DNA of 64,000 bases. It comes from Psilocybe cubensis (Eukaryota). A model generated the notes under the pieces. The model was not told the DNA's origin, made no database searches, and saw only the letters and a program-made list of their open reading frames with translations. Positions within the stretch are counted from its first letter, which is position 1, and each line of letters begins with the position of its first letter. Position numbers and translations under genes: made by a program. Location: NCBI GenBank assembly GCA_017499595.2, contig CM039008.1:1736001-1800000 (forward strand). The letters are read 5' to 3'. Below, piece after piece: positions 1 through 13,194 of this stretch.

Positions 1-1087
1 AAACGTTGAAGGTTTCCCGGCCACGCTCGAAGAATCGTGTTCACGTGCCGCAGGTACAACCTGATCGGTAATGGCGCGATTGACTTTCGACCATCCGTGG
101 GTCCGTAGCGCAAAGTTAAGTGGTTGATTTTTTTTAGCTTCGACGAATATATCAGTGTTGGTGTCAAAAAAAGTTGAAAAATATCTGTAGAACCGATATC
201 ATGAACGCGAAGAGCTTGACAGGATACGAAAATAACGTACCATTTGAATCAAATACAATGTACAAACTCTTTATCGACGGGAAATGTTTTACCAAAGAGT
301 TGCATTCCTTGTTAATATCCCGAAATGTCCAAGAAGTCTGATCAATCCGTAGATACATCATCTCGAGGCAAGGTCCTTGAACGTTGATGCTTTCTTGAGA
401 TGCTGGATAGAGATTGCAAACAACCGGAATACTGGAGGCTTCAATCATCTGGAGACGTGGAAGTGAGAAACTGATGTTCGAAACCACAGTGCTTGCAGAT
501 CTGGATAAACCACAGTTAATAACCATCAAATTTGATATCGACGTATTTTTTAAGATGTCCCTGGGGAGATCTCGCACGTTGCAGAACCGAAGCGCTACCA
601 ACGTAGGAGATTGAATGGTATGGAGCAAGGATTGCAGAACACGAGAGGGCAAAGAAGAGAATGCCAGACCGTGAAACTCGAAGGTATGCACCCGAGCTTC
701 TGAATGACGGAGGGAACCCAAAATAAATTCTATGCCTTGAATGCTTTCTTCACATAGAGTGGTTGCTGGAATGCCATAGAATGAAGTTGCTGGCGAAAAC
801 ATTTGGAAACTTTGAATGTGGCTGAGTATGCCGAGTTTCACGTCTGGGAGATCAATAAGACTTCGAAGGTGTTTAATTCTTGAGAGAAACATCTCTTCAT
901 TGTCCCCCGAAAGGCGAACAGTTCTGAAAAGGTGCTGCTTCGCGCTCCACCTGAAGCTAGGCGAGACTTTGAGGCATGTGCGCAACGTTTCCGCGCATTC
1001 CGGCTTGAGGACAAACTGGTCGCTATAAGCGGCGATGGCGTCAATAATACAAGTTTGGATCTCGGGAGGGACCTTTTCTTCAGACAT
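1..1087 (-). CDS. Agaricomycete F-box-like/LRR-like hypothetical protein, 3' end runs off the window
   Basis: N-terminus VPPEIQTCIIDAIA...TLRTCLKVSPSFRWSAKQHLFRTVRL resembles the F-box-like start of expanded mushroom families, followed by LxxL-type repeats. After an intron near 190-240 the frame stays open to base 1. Confidence 0.6.
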
Positions 1088-1634
1088 GGGCGTTTGACTC
1101 CATGTAAAGCATTATTTCCACATATAAGTAGTAGGTATGGCTTCTGTACATCTTGGCCTAACGTCCTGTCGACGATTTCATTATTCAAGAAGTAATTCAA
1201 GAAGTAAAAATGTTGTTGAACTGCAGCACTACAATTGCAAGGAACGTCAAATTTCGGATTATAAGCACTTGACCAGTCAATAGACATACGGTATGCCTGG
1301 TATGCCAAATTTGGCGCGCTTAGTTGGAACCGAATCATCAAAACCGTAAAGGTACATCTGAGATCTGAGATTTGGTCTAACATCATACAGTTTACGATGT
1401 GTCATATGCACATCTCAGCAGGTACGGTGAATCTTGATATGCGTTTTCTACATCATGGCATCTGTATTCCGCCCTGTACATATCTAAAGATCTGCGATTC
1501 ATGAGCTTGCAGGATGTAGGTATAAGTAAAGCGCGCGACTTTGTCTGATAGATGCTGTTGCCTTCGAGTTCGCCTCTGTGTTTTTTTACTAATTTCATCT
1601 ACTTTCCGGGTCGTTTCTCGCATACGTTTTTGAA

Positions 1635-2210
1635 ATGCGTCTCTCCACATTTCTGGCCTTGGTATATGTAACTGTCGGTGCAAACTCCATCGTGCAGAGG
1701 GACGGCTATCCCCGTGAGTCCCTATCTCCTCACCTTATTTGTTCATTGCTAACACATACAAATATCATATGGGATGCTTCAATTTTGATGCACCAGCATG
1801 CTCCATTCCTTGCGTGACCAATGCCGACGTCGGAAAATGTATAACTATGACCGATACACATTGTCTTTGTACAGACCCTACTTTCGTGAACAACACGACT
1901 CTGTGTATTTACCAGGCCTGTTCCGGTCAGAGCCTTGAAGATGCGCTCGCGTTCTCGCGCAGTCTGTGCCTCAAAGTTGTACGTGTTACTCTTAATATTT
2001 TTTGGTTTTTGCGCTGACTGAGACACTGTCGTCTTGTCTTTGCAGGGCGTTACTCTTACCTCGTCAGTGACCAACCCAACAAGCACACCCTCTTCATCCA
2101 TATCGAGCGCAATTTTATCCAGCTCTGCTGCAGCAACTTTTCACAGTGCAACCTCCAACACCATTATCAGCGCCACCCTCGCTGCTGGCCTCACAGTTCT
2201 ACTTATCTAA
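1635..2210 (+). CDS. CFEM-domain secreted, probably GPI-anchored cell-surface protein (3 exons)
   Basis: Signal peptide MRLSTFLALVYVTVGA; intron 1714-1796; eight-Cys CFEM pattern PCSIPC...GKC...DTHCLC...TLCIYQAC...SLC; Ser/Thr-rich stalk and hydrophobic tail ATLAAGLTVLLI*. Confidence 0.9.
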
Positions 2211-3899
2211 ATTCAATGATTCCATGGTTATCAATGACGTCTCGATTTTTTCCTTCAAGGTTACGTAGCTAGATTGTACGTATGTACACGGGCTTGGGCT
2301 CCGAACTCTCTAATATAACTCTATATGGATAAAATGTTGCAATCAAAATCTCACAAACAAAGCGATTAGGTTAGCATCATTTTGTTAATCAGCAAAACGT
2401 TTGCGAATAGAGGCTAGCTATAAACTACCATCAAACAAAGCACGTTGTGGAGGAATGTTGTAAATTAGCGACGCCAAACAACCCCAACTGACTCCACAGA
2501 TTGTTGGCACCGGCGCGCTGCTTTCACTTTGTTGATGTATTCTTTCAAGGGAGGGAAGTCGAAGGAAGAAGGAAGTGTGTATATATTTAAATATTGCTTG
2601 TTATTTACTGTGCAACTATGTAATATGTTCAGACTCAAATTTCAAGTCAGTCAGACATTTCTCAGGATTAAAATGAATATCTAAATATGTCTAGCTCATG
2701 GTCAGTCAGCCGTTCTACTGCCAAGAATGATGTTTCCTAATAAGCGACTTATAAGTGTGTCACAATCACTGATGTTCAATTAAGAAAATGAAGTGCCATG
2801 GGGGCGTATCTAGATCCAGGTACCCTCGAATACAACAGTTGAAAATCTTGTTAATTAGGGCGCATCGTTAGGTTTATATCACACTCTGAAATGTACCTGG
2901 AAAAGCCGATCGACTGCTCGGGGAAGAGGCACAACTAAAGCTGACAACGACTCACTTTATCGAAGTAAGTGACCGCAGAAACAAGATTTAATAATTGACC
3001 AAACAACCAACCTTGTTCCAAAACCGTCCACGTACCTGTGAAATTGCCACTCGGCACTGTGACGCGACTTCTAACTTGAAGCCTTTCAAGAGCATACAAT
3101 GCCTTCCATTCAGAGCATACGCAATTCACGCAAATCAACGGGGTATCACTATGAATCGCTTTGACCAGACGCTTTTTCCATCTATGGAAATTCGTCATCT
3201 AAATATAAAATCGAGCTAGGCGCCTCCTCACCGAACCTCACCCAACCATACTCGATTTTTATTCGCGTGATAGAAAACTCCTGTTATCTGCCTTCTGCCT
3301 CAATATGTCACACAGCGTCAATCGAAATCCTCTTTCGACGTCTTACGGCGCAGATTTCTCCCCCTCACAGTCTCCAAAGTTGTTAGGACCGCAGACACGC
3401 GTTAAGTCCGTTTTGTGTTAAAATACGTTAAATTCTGACGCGTTAAATACAGTTACGTCGTTCTAAGCGCGCAAAGGCGAGTAAATGCTGTTTGTCTGCG
3501 CCATTATATCTTTCTGATTTAACCACTATAGAGTTACAGACCCAATAAAAGATTGGAGGACAGGGACGCGTCTCAGATGCACCGGACCCAGTCTGCGGCC
3601 ACATATCTTGTTGGTCAATCTGTTGAGAAACAAATAAGTTTCCCTGGTCCGTGTATTCCCAAGATATGTGTTGATATCTGACTCGTTATATTTGTGGCGG
3701 CTGTTTGATTGCAGAACGACAGTCGGATGTTACTTGACCACCAAGTGCCCGATAGTGTACAGTCAGTATCGCATAAGCAGGCGGACCTAATCCCGGAGAC
3801 AGAGGTAAGAAAATTCTCTGCCTTCCTCTGTGTTCTCACTGTTGACGTGTTTAGTCCCAGATTAATGAATTAAACCAACTACATGTCAGTTGTCGAGAC

Positions 3900-4661
3900 A
3901 TGCATAATGGGCCGTGTGCTGGCCTTCAAGACATAAGACGCGACTACGAGAAGCATATTAATGCTATTAATCATTACCGTGAAATTGAGAGAAAGGAATT
4001 GAACGAGACAAAGATGATGCTCACTTCTTCCATGCTAGACTATGCAACACTGCTCTCCGAATTCCAACAGGCGCAAGATGCATCAGACTCCCAGAATCAA
4101 TACTTTCAAACAATTATCCATAAATTGTCGACTGAGCTAGATGCGACAAAGGCTACCTATTGGAAAGACGTCCAGTCTATTCTTCTTGATTACCAAAGGT
4201 CCGAGGCAAAGCTTTGTATAATGCACGACGAGGCGATTGCAGCGCAGAGGACCCTTGAAGAGCGGACTAAAACCCTAAATGAGCTGGAAATTCTCTTGGA
4301 ATATGAGGGAGCAGCTCGTGAGCAGCTCGACGAAGACCTTGCTTATGCACAAAATGCTCTGGCCAGTGAGTGTGAGGTTACTGCTCAGACTCCGGCTAAC
4401 CAAGGCTGTATTTCAGGCACCCTTGCTTGCGAATTGCGCCAGTCCGAAGCCCAACAATCTAGAGAACGATTAGTCGAGGATTTTATTACAAGGCTAATCG
4501 CCCAGATTTCCGATGCTACGCACGTTGATCAATGTGACATCTTGTCGCACCAAACCCCCGAGGCAATCGATGTTCTAGCAAGGTATCGTACGTTGGCGGC
4601 AATTATTGGAGAATTTTCGACGGTTATTGAAACAAACAAGGGATTGACTACGATGATGTAG
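3900..4661 (+). CDS. Hypothetical coiled-coil protein; probably has further upstream exons (~3715-3803)
   Basis: 253-aa open frame rich in E/Q/L heptads, preceded by a GTAAGA...TTAG intron in frame with an upstream exon. No recognisable domain. Confidence 0.5.
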   Translation: MHNGPCAGLQDIRRDYEKHINAINHYREIERKELNETKMMLTSSMLDYATLLSEFQQAQDASDSQNQYFQTIIHKLSTELDATKATYWKDVQSILLDYQRSEAKLCIMHDEAIAAQRTLEERTKTLNELEILLEYEGAAREQLDEDLAYAQNALASECEVTAQTPANQGCISGTLACELRQSEAQQSRERLVEDFITRLIAQISDATHVDQCDILSHQTPEAIDVLARYRTLAAIIGEFSTVIETNKGLTTMM

Positions 4662-4829
4662 ATTAACATCAGCGGCTCTTATAGAAGTTTGTAACGTTGA
4701 AGTGTGTATTGGTTGGAAAAAGAGATAGATTATATTGTACCGGTATTGAACGATTCCAACATAATTCTAGATTACAATCCAAGATGAAAGGACTTGCATC
4801 TCAAAATTGCGAGCACGAAAGCACAGAAC

Positions 4830-5297
4830 AAAAGTGGATACCCAATCGGCTTGCTGAGAATGTTTCCGCGATTGAGGACAAAGGTGAGCGCATCCATGAA
4901 GGTGTGTAATTTTCTAGTGATTCAGGCGGGTCTGATATTTGCCTTTCCAAGCTCTTTGTATCGAATGTGTAAAAATTGCGCACGCGCAATGCGCTGGAGT
5001 GAAGAGATTACTCTGATTCAAGAAGAAATGAGACATACGCCGGCATTCCTGGAATGGCAGGCCGACTGGTGGAAAGGCCATGGACAAAAACTGGATCACG
5101 TCGATTCCGTTACTATGGAAGGAATGAGTGCTTATTGCCAACGTCAAGCAGCACTGAGATAAGGCTTGCGGGACCGTTTTAAAGAGAATTGGAAAGATGT
5201 TGAAACGTGGGTCAATTGGGGAAACGAAAAGGCTACATCGGGTGATCTCGATACTGATGATTTACAACCTATTGAACCCAGTAGTTTACTAGACTAA
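4830..5297 (+). mobile_element. Relic C-terminus of a CxC2/KDZ (Kyakuja-Dileera-Zisupton) transposase-type protein
   Basis: Motif (ALCIE)..CKNCARAMRWSEEITLIQEEMRH..FLEWQADWW...EGMSAYCQRQAALR*GLRDRFKENW matches my recollection of the conserved C-terminal tail of basidiomycete KDZ proteins. Frameshift near 4965, in-frame TAA at 5160-5162, no catalytic core upstream. Confidence 0.7.
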
Positions 5298-6809
5298 TTT
5301 GCATCTGGGCGCCCCCAGTCGACAATGTGTATTCATACCTGTAGTGATAATGTAAATGCGAACAAAGGTGACCCCAGAAGAGTAATAAGAGCAATGTGAT
5401 TGTCAAAAGGGAAGCATGAGCAGCCCAGTGTATGCCCAGGCATGAGTATTTCTAGGCTGCCATTGCGAGAAAGGGTGGGGACATTCAAAAAGAAGAGTAG
5501 TGACGCACCCAGAACCCAATATGATACCTTTTCCCAATGCTTGCCTATCTATCCTCCGAGTTGTCACTCCTTGCGATAGGAATGTGGCTGGTGGATGGCG
5601 TCGAAAAAGCGGCAACAGAGAGCACTCGATGAGGGGTGAGAGACAGGTGGCGACAAGGGTGCTGACGCGTTGGAACGGGTAGTCACGTCACCACAATCAC
5701 ACGTGGGGGTCCCGCCTTGGCCTTGGCACTAATCCCGCCATTGCCCTAGATTGGAATGAGTGCATGCGCCGTATAGCGGTCGTTGAGCAGTCGGTAATGT
5801 ACAATGGCGGGATTTGAAAGCTGAGTTTACGCTGCATATGCAGGTGGATGTCCTTGTTGAACAGCACACCCTTGAACACAAGCGAATCATCGATGTGTCG
5901 CCATTGGAATCCGCCCAACTTGCGCGTACTTCTTTTTGTTGTCACCCGACGCGTAATGCCCGCAGGCAAATTTCTCCATTGTTTCACAAGTTTGGTTCCA
6001 ACGGAGGGGAATCATCTCGACGCCTGAGGAAGTTGAAAGAGTAATTGAAATGTTTAATGGTGTGGATGGCAGACGGAGAGGTGGAGGATTATGTCGAGAT
6101 CATTACAATCACAACTGGATGGATATCGGGAATGAGGAGTGAGAACAAATACACTAAAAATTCATTGGCTGTGTCGGAGGGGTTTTTTGTTGAGAAAAAA
6201 AGGAAACTCACCGAAGGGGGCGCTCGACAATGATCTCACGCACAATCAATTTGCTCTCATTCTTCAGGTTTTCCTGGTTTACTATTATGGCATTGTCAGT
6301 GGATGGGTAATAAAAGGAGGAACACGCACAAGATGCCGCCCATGAGGTGGAGTCGAGCATTTCTCTGGGACTCAGGCATTTCCTCACAACGTCGGGTACT
6401 AGTGACATCCCAAATTAACACTGGTATTGTATAACACCCATCATGTTTGCATCCAGCTGGCTTCCATTGAAGATGAAGAATGTTGACGCACATTGGCTGG
6501 AGTGATCTTCGAGATCTGTGCGTCATCTTTCCCAACAAAGTTCATAGCTGTCTCGACAAGCACCTCGATACTGCTGCATCAAGTTTTTTCCTTCAAGCTT
6601 TCGCTCTGAGATGGTGTGCTTCATTAGTGCCAGATAGTCGGCACGGGGGTAAGGATTATCGCAAGTCGAAGAAGACGGTGTTGGGTGGCCAGTTTTGTAT
6701 GTTGCCTAGAGAAGAAAGCTGATAGGCCGAATTACATGATTTCTGGACTCTGGCTGAACAATCCGTCGGAAGTGCAAGGAAGGATCGGTATATACGAAGT
6801 AATAAGAGA

Positions 6810-8059
6810 TCATGGGCGTGTTGTAGGTAGGCGGCCTGACTGGGGACGTAATCGAGATGGGCATTGAATGGAAAGGTGGCTTTTGTTTAACGTTGTGGAA
6901 TTCCTGTTAAAATGAGCAACAAAGAGGGCGGCTGACGCAGAAGAAGATGCAGATATTGGTGATTCAGGTGGCGGAGGCGGTAACGCACGTCTGGGTGCAG
7001 GTGTTCTACCGCTGCCGTTGCTGCTACGCGGGCGCAATGCTGCCCCGGATGTAGACGCAGATGTCAACGAAGAGGGTCCATCAGGTAGAGGTAATAATGG
7101 CAAGGGTGAGTTGGAGCGGGCATGTGAATTAGTTTGAATAGTTGACGTAGGTGTAAATGTAGACGATGAAATTTGAGCTAGAGTTGTAGATTGTGCAGTA
7201 TTAGCAGTAGTACCAATGTTCGTGTTTGTGTTCGTGTCCGTGTTCGTGTCGCTAGGTGCGGCGTTGTTAAGAGAACCTCCAGCTTTGCCATCATAGAGAT
7301 CATTAATATCCCCCTCCTTCTCCCCCTCATCTCCCTGATCGCCGTGCTGCACTTGGATTAACGTATCTTCCACTTTTCCACCCAAAGAAAAGGCTACCTC
7401 CGTCGCCGGGAGTATAGCAGGAGGAGATGACAATAAGACTGGAGTCGGAGAGGGCGATGGGGATGGCAGCGCTAGTAAAACTCTAAGGGAGTCCTCCCTC
7501 CACCCTCACCTGTCCCAACAGGCGAACGACCACCCCCTCCATATCCCGACCCAGAAGCAGAGCCAGACTCTGAATCATAACCAGTGACCAACTCATCCCC
7601 ACCAGTGCCCCGGGAGAGCTCAGCGCCAAGCATTGGCTGGGACATATATGGCTTGTAAGTATAGTTCAGGCCCTCTGCCGTGCGCGAGAACTGCGCATAC
7701 GGGTCATTCTTGATGTTGCTCCTCCGCCTTTGTTGTTTATCGTAGTCTTCAGTATCAGAGATAATGCCGTCGATATTTCCACTCCCGTTGGACGCAGCAG
7801 TACCCGTGCTCCGCATGCGCGAGTGCAGATGGGCCTGCGTGTCGAGCGAGTGCGAGAGGCCGTGCGTGGGCCGCGGTCTGGAGGTGAAATGGGGGTTGGA
7901 GGTGGACTTGGTGCTGTCCGCATCATCTTGCGACTGAGAGTGGAAGTGAATGCGGGGTGTGGAAAGCTTCCTGCGGTTCGGTATCCGAATGATGCCCTTG
8001 AGTGACGAGATCGTTTGGGAAAAGGAAAGCTTGTTCGTATGTGTGCTGCAGCCACGGGT
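6810..8059 (-). pseudogene. Ser/Pro/Gly-rich low-complexity exon with one frameshift (gene fragment or assembly error)
   Basis: Frame open from an acceptor near 8060 through ...GRTPLEF, then continues as LLALPSPSPSPTP... in another frame at the T-run near 7478, open to 6810. Confidence 0.45.
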
Positions 8060-9739
8060 CTACACAAGCAACATAGCAGTTATAAAGAGTAAGTACAAAG
8101 ACAAAGTTGAACGCAACGATCGGTGCATGTGCAAATAACGGTTGGGAAAAAGTGACTGACCTTGTTCTGAGAGCGTCCGTTATGAGCGCTAGGCACAGGC
8201 GACACCACAGGCTGTATCGCTGAGACCTCCATGTACAGGTTATGTTGAAGGGGGTCGTGGGCTCGTTTGAGCGATTGTTGTTTGTTTCGACGTTCAAGAC
8301 GAAAGCAGTCAAAAGGCCAAAGCAAGCCGAATGACGCAAATGAAACAATCAACTGCTTTCTGAATGCAGGTGCAGCGAAGCCGGGGAGCTCACGATGTAA
8401 TGTGGGAATCGGGGGAATGGGGGATCAGGAATGTATATGGCAGTTCAGAATTGGTTTAGAACAAGCACGCCTCGAGGTTGGCGCAGATAGGGCACCCGCG
8501 CGGACTTTGTCTCTGTCGAAAATAAACTGATTGGATTAAAGCAAAATTAGCACTGGAAACCAAACCTGGAGCACTTGAATACAGTACTTGCAGAACGCAA
8601 TGTGTGAACCAAGGTTCAACTCACCTTGTAGCCCGTGTGGGGACGCCGACTGTGCCTCCTCCGCTGACTCAACCGCGCAGAATGACAAAGACGTGTGATA
8701 ATCGGTGGGCGAAAGGTGGGTCGCTGGTTGAGATGAAAGAAAAGGAGAAAACGAACGCTCGTTACGCGGTCTTTGCGGTGGTGGTCGGTCAGCTTCAAGA
8801 TATAAGCAGGGTCTTGAAGCAAAAGGACGCACAAAAGTACAATTCCGAGCAATTATTGCAGAATCGGCACGGATCCAGGGTGAGAAGCGGGCGTCCTTTC
8901 TCTAACATACAAAATACAAAACACAGCCGGTGATGGCCCCGATCAGAGAGGACTTGTGCCCAACGCGCATTTTCCATTTTGAAACTCAGTCAACGCCGAC
9001 TTCCCTTTCCTGCCATTTCGCCCGCAACCACTACTTTAACAACAACTGCGTTTCATATGTTTTATGTCTTTCTCCTCCAGAAAACACAGTGCTCGCGCAT
9101 GGATCCTCCCCGCCTTTTGGTGACATCACCCAGATAATGACGGGCAGAGTCGTGCATTCATCGGAACACTTCCAAGCCTAGTACAATCAACATACCGCAT
9201 CTCCAGGGATATGACCAGTGAATGAACAAGTTTCCTGCGTAAAAGGGCTTCTGGTTCATCCAATCGCCATTGCACAAATTGAATTATAGCTCAATGGACA
9301 TACCTTGGACCTGCATCAACCCTTTGCCTGCCCCACCTATTTCTCTTCCATTCTGCACCTATAACCCAGTAAAATTATATCATAACATCAAAACGAGTTG
9401 AAGGGCTATGCGGCTCAACAATCCTTCCATGCCGTCTTGAGCCTGTTGTCATTTACGACCTCAATACCCACCCGACCAAGGTAAGTAAGAAGCCGTCGTC
9501 ACAGATCAGTTATCTAGCTATTGATGCCATTGGCCATTTACCCCCTTCAATCCCACTCCTCCGCAGCTCAACGGCTGTGTGGCACATAGGCGAATTCGTT
9601 CACAAAAAAAGACAAGACCGTAAGGTGAAAACCAAGTATATAATTAATGAAATTCATACAATCGACGAAACCATTGAATATCAAAACAAAACGAGCGTGT
9701 AATTTACCACATACGAACAAAAGATGACCAGATCAAAGC

Positions 9740-10489
9740 CTAAAGGACTACGGGTAGAAAGAATGAAACACTAGATCGAGAAATACCTAGCGAATGAATA
9801 CAGTTAATGTTGATGTACGTCCCACCGTCGCCTCCATCCGCTCCAGTTTCTACTTCTACCACATCCTGGATAAAACAACCTCCAGAAGCCGGCTGCTTTG
9901 TTGTGGTAGCAGGTTCCTGGGAGTCTTAATGTGCTTGTTCTCTGGTCACTTGGACGTCAAAAAGAACAGCATTCTTTTCCTCAGGCTTCTCGTTTCCATA
10001 CTTCTTATCCTTATGCCTCCAAGGTTTCAAGTCCGGTTTTTGGTCGTCAGGCTCCGAGCCGTCGCCTTTCTTGCCGGGGTGACGATATTTTCTACGCTTA
10101 GACTCAATGTTCTTCTGACGTGTCATCCGCGGCATAAGAGACATTCCATCCATAATTCCTACATCGTTGAGCGTACTTTTGAGTGCAGCGTTGCCTTTTG
10201 AGTCATCTCTCTGTTCGACGATGGGACGCCATGAGAATTTATGACATGGAGGCGAGGCAGAAGACTCGTCGTCATATCCTCCTCCTCCTACTTTGTTGGA
10301 GGCCGGTACTTGAAAATAGAATCTACCGTCAGCAACGGTGTTTATGCTTTTCCCAGTTCATATCATATCTTTTGCACGTTCGGCTGTTCTACCCCGAAGA
10401 ATATTTGGAGCGCCGAGTGCTTGGATGACTCCAGCACTCAGTATTTGAAGAATATAGAGCGACAAGGTGAAAAAGGAATGTTTAAACAT
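9740..10489 (-). pseudogene. Small secreted-type orphan gene, possibly with a premature stop
   Basis: MFKHSFFTLSLYILQILSAGVIQALGAP signal-like start, intron with CTGAC..TAG, K/E-rich body; TAA at 9926-9928 followed by 61 more open codons. Confidence 0.35.
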
Positions 10490-11418
10490 ATTGCTGATCA
10501 AGTACGGTGTCAAGGAGTGTAATGATTGAAAGAGCGCTGGAAGACCTTGGGATACTGGAATAAGGAGAGAGTAGCGTTGACCGCAATTTTATAGTTTTCA
10601 AGAGTTGTACCATATCCTCTGGACCCGAAGGACTGTCCCAAGTTATGGCGTCCACCCCTGTACTAAAGGACTAATAGCCATCATTTATTCTGAAAAGAAT
10701 AGAAACTACATATCAGATAGCATATGGTTTTACAGATAAATGGAATTCAACATTAAAGAAAAAACGCTCTATTTCATTGAAACAATGTATTAGAAACAAG
10801 TCGCGGTCAAGCATTGCTCGAAAATAATGTGCAGAATTCCCTCGAGTTCGGCTAATTTAGCTTTAAGACGCTTTACTTGGGCGTTTATCGTTTGAATTTG
10901 TATTTATGACGCCTGACGCAATGCTTTGAATTGAAGAACCACATTATCAGGTGGACATTTATTGTGCTTGACGTTTTGCAGGCCCATGGTTTCGTCGGGT
11001 ATCCTATTTGAAAATCAAATAATCCAAGTTTACTACATAAGTCACAATTGAAGAAGAAAATCTGAGCTATTTCCTTACGCTTGACTTTGAAATGGTGACC
11101 TCGAACACAGTGAAACCGGGCAACAACCCTAAACCTGTATATGATTGGCGACTTCGACCATTTAGCTTTGCCCGAGTCATGTGGGCTTCAAACATCAGGG
11201 TAGTTTGTGTAGAGATATTTGCCAATCCAGATTAACAATTAAATGACAGTTTATCCAAATTTCATTTTCCGAGTTCTACGACATTCCGTTTGAAACTTTC
11301 AAAAGTTACCTGGGACCGCAAGTTTGGGGGTATATTAATAGATTTTTTATCCAATAAGTCCGACAGTGTCCCTTACAAATGTTATAAGATGTTTGAATCC
11401 AAGACTAGTCCACCCAGC

Positions 11419-12742
11419 TCAATTAACATCCTCATCCTCATCCACAATCTCGATAGCTACACACCAAAACATCCTTCCCCATGGCTCCTTTCCGTTCCTA
11501 TCTTCTCCTCCTTCCTCCTTCCGCACCCGCTCACAACAAACAAACCGAACCGGCTGTCCATCCCAATACTTCATCAAGTCAAAAGACAATCCCCCGGGCA
11601 GTTGCAGGAGCTAACGTCGGCGCAAAACTGATAAACCCATAACAAAAATCGGTCGTGATCACATCCTCCGGGCCGAAGACCTGCCGGCGGGCTTTTTGCG
11701 CAAAGTAGCTGCGCCGCTGCGACGCTGTCTAAAGCGTCTGCAGTTTCCGCTCACGCTTCATATGGCGTTCTCCTTGCTCGGACGACGAAGAAGAGCCGGT
11801 GCTAAGCGTACTCCGCGCACGCTTTGGTTTGACTTTGCGCATGGCGGATTTGACAGAGAAGCTCAAGCCGCCGGTTGAGGATCCCTTCGAGCTGGATCTG
11901 GCGGTCGATAGGGGACTCGGGCTTACCGGTGCAACGTTGTCGGAGGAGGAGGACGCAGAGCGGAATGATGTTCCTGATGAGCTGGATGCAGAATCTCCCT
12001 CATCAAGCTCATCAGAGAGGGCAAGGTACAGCCCAGAGTTCCTGTCTTGGATGGACTGGTTTGCTGAGAAGGGGGGTAGCATACATGAGGAGGAAGAAGG
12101 TGGAATCCTCGTGTGCATGAAATGAGGCATGGTCGATATTAGTGGTGAAAGTGCCCATGGCTTGGTGGAAGATGTGAGGTCGTGTTTGAGAGTTGGGTCG
12201 ATGTAGCTATAGAAATGGAGATCAGTTGAAGTTAAAAATATAGAGATGGAGAGAGATGGAGAGAAAAATAAAATGAGCGTACTGCATGAATTTAAGTACC
12301 GCGCTTGTTCCCCATGGTAATTTGAGAGGCCTATCGAATGTGTTTCCGAATAAAATGTCGTCCGCTGAATAGAGTACGAGGAACCGGCCTTCACACCACC
12401 CAACGTAAAATAACACCGAAAGTCAGCACACGGAATCACACGAATAACCCTTCCCCTTCTCGCGACTCGAACATCGTGCAAATTCGAAATACCAAAAATA
12501 GGCAAACCAAACTCACCTCGGACAACGATACTCCATGTAACACCGCCGCGATCTTCTCTCTTGAAATATTCAGACTCGTGTACTTTTCCCTGTTCGTCCG
12601 TCATGCCCTGAATCTGCGCTACCAATTCACCTTCAAACAAATCGGAGCGGATAGGGTGTGAATGTGGAGTGTTGACGAGGTGTGTTATGGGAACCATCGA
12701 GGAAGGAGATGTACCTGCAAGGACCCGGAGTCGAGGAGCCAT
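11419..12742 (-). pseudogene. DUF1769-family gene carrying a nonsense codon and a frameshift
   Basis: Family-like blocks RLRVLAG, TWSI, DDILFGNTFDRPLKLPWG, YIDP..KPWALSPLISTM, TTDFCYGF, LPGGLSFDLMKYWDGQPVRFVCCER, FWCVAIEIV; 2 introns; TAG at 11729-11731 and a +1 shift near 11608. Confidence 0.8.
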
Positions 12743-13194
12743 TAGAGTATCAACTATGTGGGGTTAGGTTAAAGGATTGAAGTAGCCGTCGATGCGGAAA
12801 CGGTGAGCGTCTACAATTTTGTGTGGACGCCCGCGATGTGTTAATAGTACTGGAATGATATGGCGCTCCTGGCGGGTAGGTGTACCGGGTGTGAAAGGGG
12901 ACGTAGACGGTGAAATATCCACAGTTATGATCGGTTATGTATGTATGTGTACCAGTGCAAATGAGGCTCCCCAGTCTACCACCCCAATTTGTATTGAGGC
13001 TGAAGAGCGTTTTGGATATCGTCGTCAACTGGAATCGAAAGGCCAGTAGCGGCACACAAGAAGACAATCCCAAAGATGGCGACAAAGAACAAAGGTGAGT
13101 CAAAGTGCGACAGAAGGGACGGTGTCAGACGGTCGCTGCAGAATTGCACAGACAAAAAATTCACGAATGAGCAAAACTGCAAGCCGTTGCAGAC

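Noticed and set aside
5400-6750. Short ORFs on both strands next to the KDZ relic, checked as a possible TET/JBP or transposase remnant
   Set aside because: No recognisable HxD/dioxygenase or DDE motifs in the frames I translated, and frequent stops.
8604-8933. 109-aa + strand ORF with a protein-like central part
   Set aside because: No ATG start, convincing splice partners or recognisable motif; cannot be supported as a gene.
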